Assembly: GCF_035594765.1 (NCBI RefSeq)
Contig: NC_085842.1
Location: 16,654,782-16,718,781 of the forward strand
Direction: 5' to 3'
DNA: 64,000 nucleotides
DNA from: Anolis carolinensis
Taxonomy: Eukaryota
Shown here: one piece after another, positions 61,281 to 64,000 of the stretch
Position numbering within the stretch: the first letter of the stretch is position 1
How the letters are laid out: every line of letters starts with the position of its first letter
Position numbers and translations under genes: made by a program
Notes under the pieces: model-generated
Database searches by the model: none
The model's input: only the letters and a program-made list of their open reading frames with translations
Told to the model about the DNA's origin: nothing

Positions 61281-61899
61281 ATAAGGCTCCTCAGCTCCTC
61301 CTCGCTTTCAGCCATCAGAGTGGTATCATCTGCATATCTAAGGTTGTTAATGTTTCTTCCAGCAATTTTAACTCCAGCCTTGGATTCATCAAGTTGCATG
61401 ATGTGTTCTGCATACAAGTTGAATAGGGAGGGTGAGAGGATACAGCCCTGCTGTACACACAGACCAATGTTATACCTTCCACAGGAGGCTTTTTTTCGTA
61501 GTAAATTAATAGAGTTGCAATATTTACAATCACAAGGTTTCTATAACACAAATAAACAAACATATAGTACCTTTACAAGTAGCAGCCTTCACACACGGGA
61601 GCTTTAAACACAAGGCTTCTCTCAGACTGATGTTTACCTCACACTGACGGAGGAGTTCCCTCACTGAGGCAAACTACCTCTAACAGGCTTCAGCCTACTC
61701 ACTCTTTTGGTGCTTGAGCCACACTTTTGAAATTAAAAACACCCCAGTTAATATATAATATTTCTGACAAGGACCTCAGTTTGGGAACTGTTGCTTTAAG
61801 TTATTGGAACTGCATCTCTCCTAGTCTTTCAGAGGGAGGTTTTGCTCTGGTTTACCAAAGAGTTAAAGCAAATGATATGGATTCCTAGAAGGGAAGTCA

Positions 61900-62505
61900 A
61901 TGGCCAATGCTAAGCCTCCTGCAGGCGAGGTCCCTCCTCTTCTGGCCATGTGGGAATCTTCCTGGAGGAGGAGGAGTGAGTGGGTGAGCCTTGCAAGGCT
62001 TGTGGAGGAGGAGAGAGTGTGCCTTCCCAAGAGGGAGATGGCTCTTCTGCCCAGGCTGGAGCCTGGCTGCAAGGACACAGGGCAGGTGGGAAAGCAAGAA
62101 GCCTTAGACCCTGAGCCAAGCAAGGACCCTCCTGCCTTTCCTGCTGGGAATGGAGGGCAGTTCTGGGAAGGAGGCCTTGTGGGGAAGGGGCTGCGGGGAG
62201 ACAGCCCACCTTCAGAGGCAGCGCCAAGCCAGAGCTTCAGGCAGTTCAACTACAAGGAGACTTTGGGGCCCCGAGAGGTTTGCAGCCGCCTCCACTCTCT
62301 CTGCCGCCTGTGGCTGAAGCCTGAGGAACATACAAAGGCGGAGATGCTGGACCTGGTGCTCCTGGAGCAGTTCCTGGCCGTCCTTCCTGCGGAGATGGAG
62401 CGCTGGGTGAGGGAATGTGGGGCAGAGACCAGTTCCCAGGCTGTGGCTTTGGCGGAAGGATTCCTCCTGAGTCGGGAACAAGAGGAGACAGAGAAGCAGC
62501 AACAG
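61900..62505 (+). CDS. Gene D coding exon 1: SCAN domain (probable acceptor 61832/61833)
   Basis: ...[51 protein letters not shown]...; CAG|GTGAGA. The start could be a downstream Met. Confidence 0.88.
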
Positions 62506-62635
62506 GTGAGAGAATCTTCTCCCCACGCTCTCAAGGAGGCAGGGAGGCTTATTGTGAGGGAAGCCAAACTCCAGATCCCTCCCTCGCCTCTTTTCCTTAC
62601 TATCTGATCATTTTTCTCTGTGTCCCTTTTTCCAG

Positions 62636-62741
62636 GCAGCGGACGTGTGTGCAGAAGTGGCCACCACGTTGGAAAAGCCTCCCTCCACCTGCTGCCGGAT
62701 GCTGGATTGTGCCGGACAAAGAGAACCACCCAGATCCACAA
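62636..62741 (+). CDS. Gene D coding exon 2 (linker)
   Basis: TTTTTCCAG| AADVCAEVATTLEKPPSTCCRMLDCAGQREPPRST A|GTAAGT; phase 0 to 1. Confidence 0.8.
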
Positions 62742-63858
62742 GTAAGTACCAAGGTACACTTGGATGTCTTTACTCCACTCCTTTTGAGTCTTTGTGGCTC
62801 AGTGAACATATATCTGTATGGAAGGGATCTAGGAGCCTTTAGGCATACAGATTCTACTGAACATGCGTAAACAATACAATCAAGCAACTTAAAAAACAAA
62901 GCATTTTTGGCTGCATCATTAGGAATGTAGTGGTTAGGGTAGTGAGCTGCGTTGGTGGCTGGCTTTGCATGACAGTACCGTAAACTCATGCAAGCTGATC
63001 TTCAAGTTGTGTTTAAGTAGCTCTTTTTGAAAATTAGAGCGGCTCAACATGCATTATGTCAGTCTTCCAAAGCAATCTCAGCCATGTGATAATGCGCAGT
63101 GACTTTGAGGTCACGGACATATATGGTGGGTGTGTTGTGGCTGTTCCTCCTCTCCACTGCTGTTTTCTGCTCCCAATCTGTTCCCATTTGCCACTACTCA
63201 TAGCAAGCCAGAGAAAAAGTCCGGCTGCAAACCTAAACGTTTCCTAATTCTCCCCAATCATTTCCTGTAAAAAATGAATTAATTAAAACATCGACAGGGC
63301 TCTGTGGCTGTCCCTGGCCAAAGGTGACCAAAGTGGTCATAGGTCTGGATATCAGAAATCCCTACAAGGGGCAGCTTAGGGAGCCAAGCATGGTTAGCCT
63401 GGAGAACAGAAGGTTAAGAGGGGAATATGCTGAAAGAATATCATATTGCTATACATATTGCTATGCTATTCCCATGGTGAGAACCTATTTTTAGGTTGGG
63501 TATAATTTTCTTTCCCTAATATCCACCAAAAAAAAAGCAGAGGGAGGACACATTCCTCAAAGAGTCCAATGGGGATCGGGGTGTATAAAAGAGCTGAAGT
63601 ATCCAGGCCAGAGGTTGTTGCTGATGTCAACTACTCTCATCCAGTCTCAGCTCCCTTCCATGCAGGGGATACACATTCAAAGCACTCCTAATGGATGGCT
63701 ATCTTGCCCCTGCGTAAAAACCTCCAGAGAAAGAGACTCCATCACACTCTCAAGTCACATCATACTCTATCTGTTAGCATTAGCATTAGGAAGATGATAC
63801 CACCAGAAATGGAGACCATGGCCAATTAAAAATACCCCTGCCTTTTCTATTCCTACAG

Positions 63859-63938
63859 GAGATGAATCAAAACCAACACATACTGGCTTCCCTCTTCCTT
63901 TTGATGTACTCAGCACACATTCTGTGACACCACATCAG
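63859..63938 (+). CDS. Gene D coding exon 3 (pre-KRAB linker); gene continues beyond the window
   Basis: TTCCTACAG| RDESKPTHTGFPLPFDVLSTHSVTPHQ |GTAGGT; paralog of 52383-52462. Confidence 0.85.
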
Positions 63939-64000
63939 GTAGGTGAGAGAATCCCTTATGGACCAAGAAGGGCTCTCTCCTCTTTCCATTTTACTTACTA

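Larger units (their letters stand above)
58330..61457 (-). mobile_element. BovB (RTE) LINE 3' part, interrupted by a Penelope insert and a 2-kb LTR
   Basis: - strand RNINNLRYADDTTLMAESEEELRSL | ITK...AGLQLNIKK...KAIVFPIVIYGCESWTISKAERRKIDAFELWCW. Confidence 0.88.

Noticed and set aside
61460-61780. Possible additional solo LTR before gene D
   Set aside because: TG/CA-like ends but no matching TSD found; not supportable.

Overview
Eukaryotic genomic DNA from a squamate reptile. The repeat inventory (Sauria SINE, BovB, L2-tailed SINEs, Penelope-like elements, Vingi, CR1, RTE) fits an Anolis-type lizard. The window is part of a tandem SCAN-KRAB-C2H2 zinc-finger (ZKSCAN-like) gene cluster. Manual splicing gives three complete + strand gene models: A (CDS 12360-23285, ~820 aa, 18 fingers), B (32422-40311, ~745 aa, 12 intact fingers) and C (46672-56669, ~703 aa, 13 fingers). 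It also gives the 5' part of gene D (61900 to beyond the right edge) and the SCAN exon of a divergent - strand gene 0 (464-51, continuing off the left edge). Genes 0 and A appear to share a CpG-island promoter at ~9.9-10.4 kb. Introns and intergenic DNA are dense with nested transposons, including several solo LTRs with identifiable target-site duplications (TSDs). Main observations: (1) a sense ERV LTR with a tRNA-Phe primer-binding site and splice donor sits between the SCAN exon and an ATG-initiated exon of gene C, a candidate 'gene-breaking' module; (2) the SCAN core DNA is nearly invariant across otherwise diverged paralogs; (3) gene C has an apparently new intron and a shifted splice donor; (4) a 2.0-kb CpG-rich solo LTR lies just upstream of gene D; (5) about a dozen Penelope-type minimal hammerhead ribozyme motifs are present; (6) gene A has a long 3'UTR hairpin. 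All gene models are read by eye from splice signals and frame, without transcript evidence, and repeat family names come from recognition rather than database searches.
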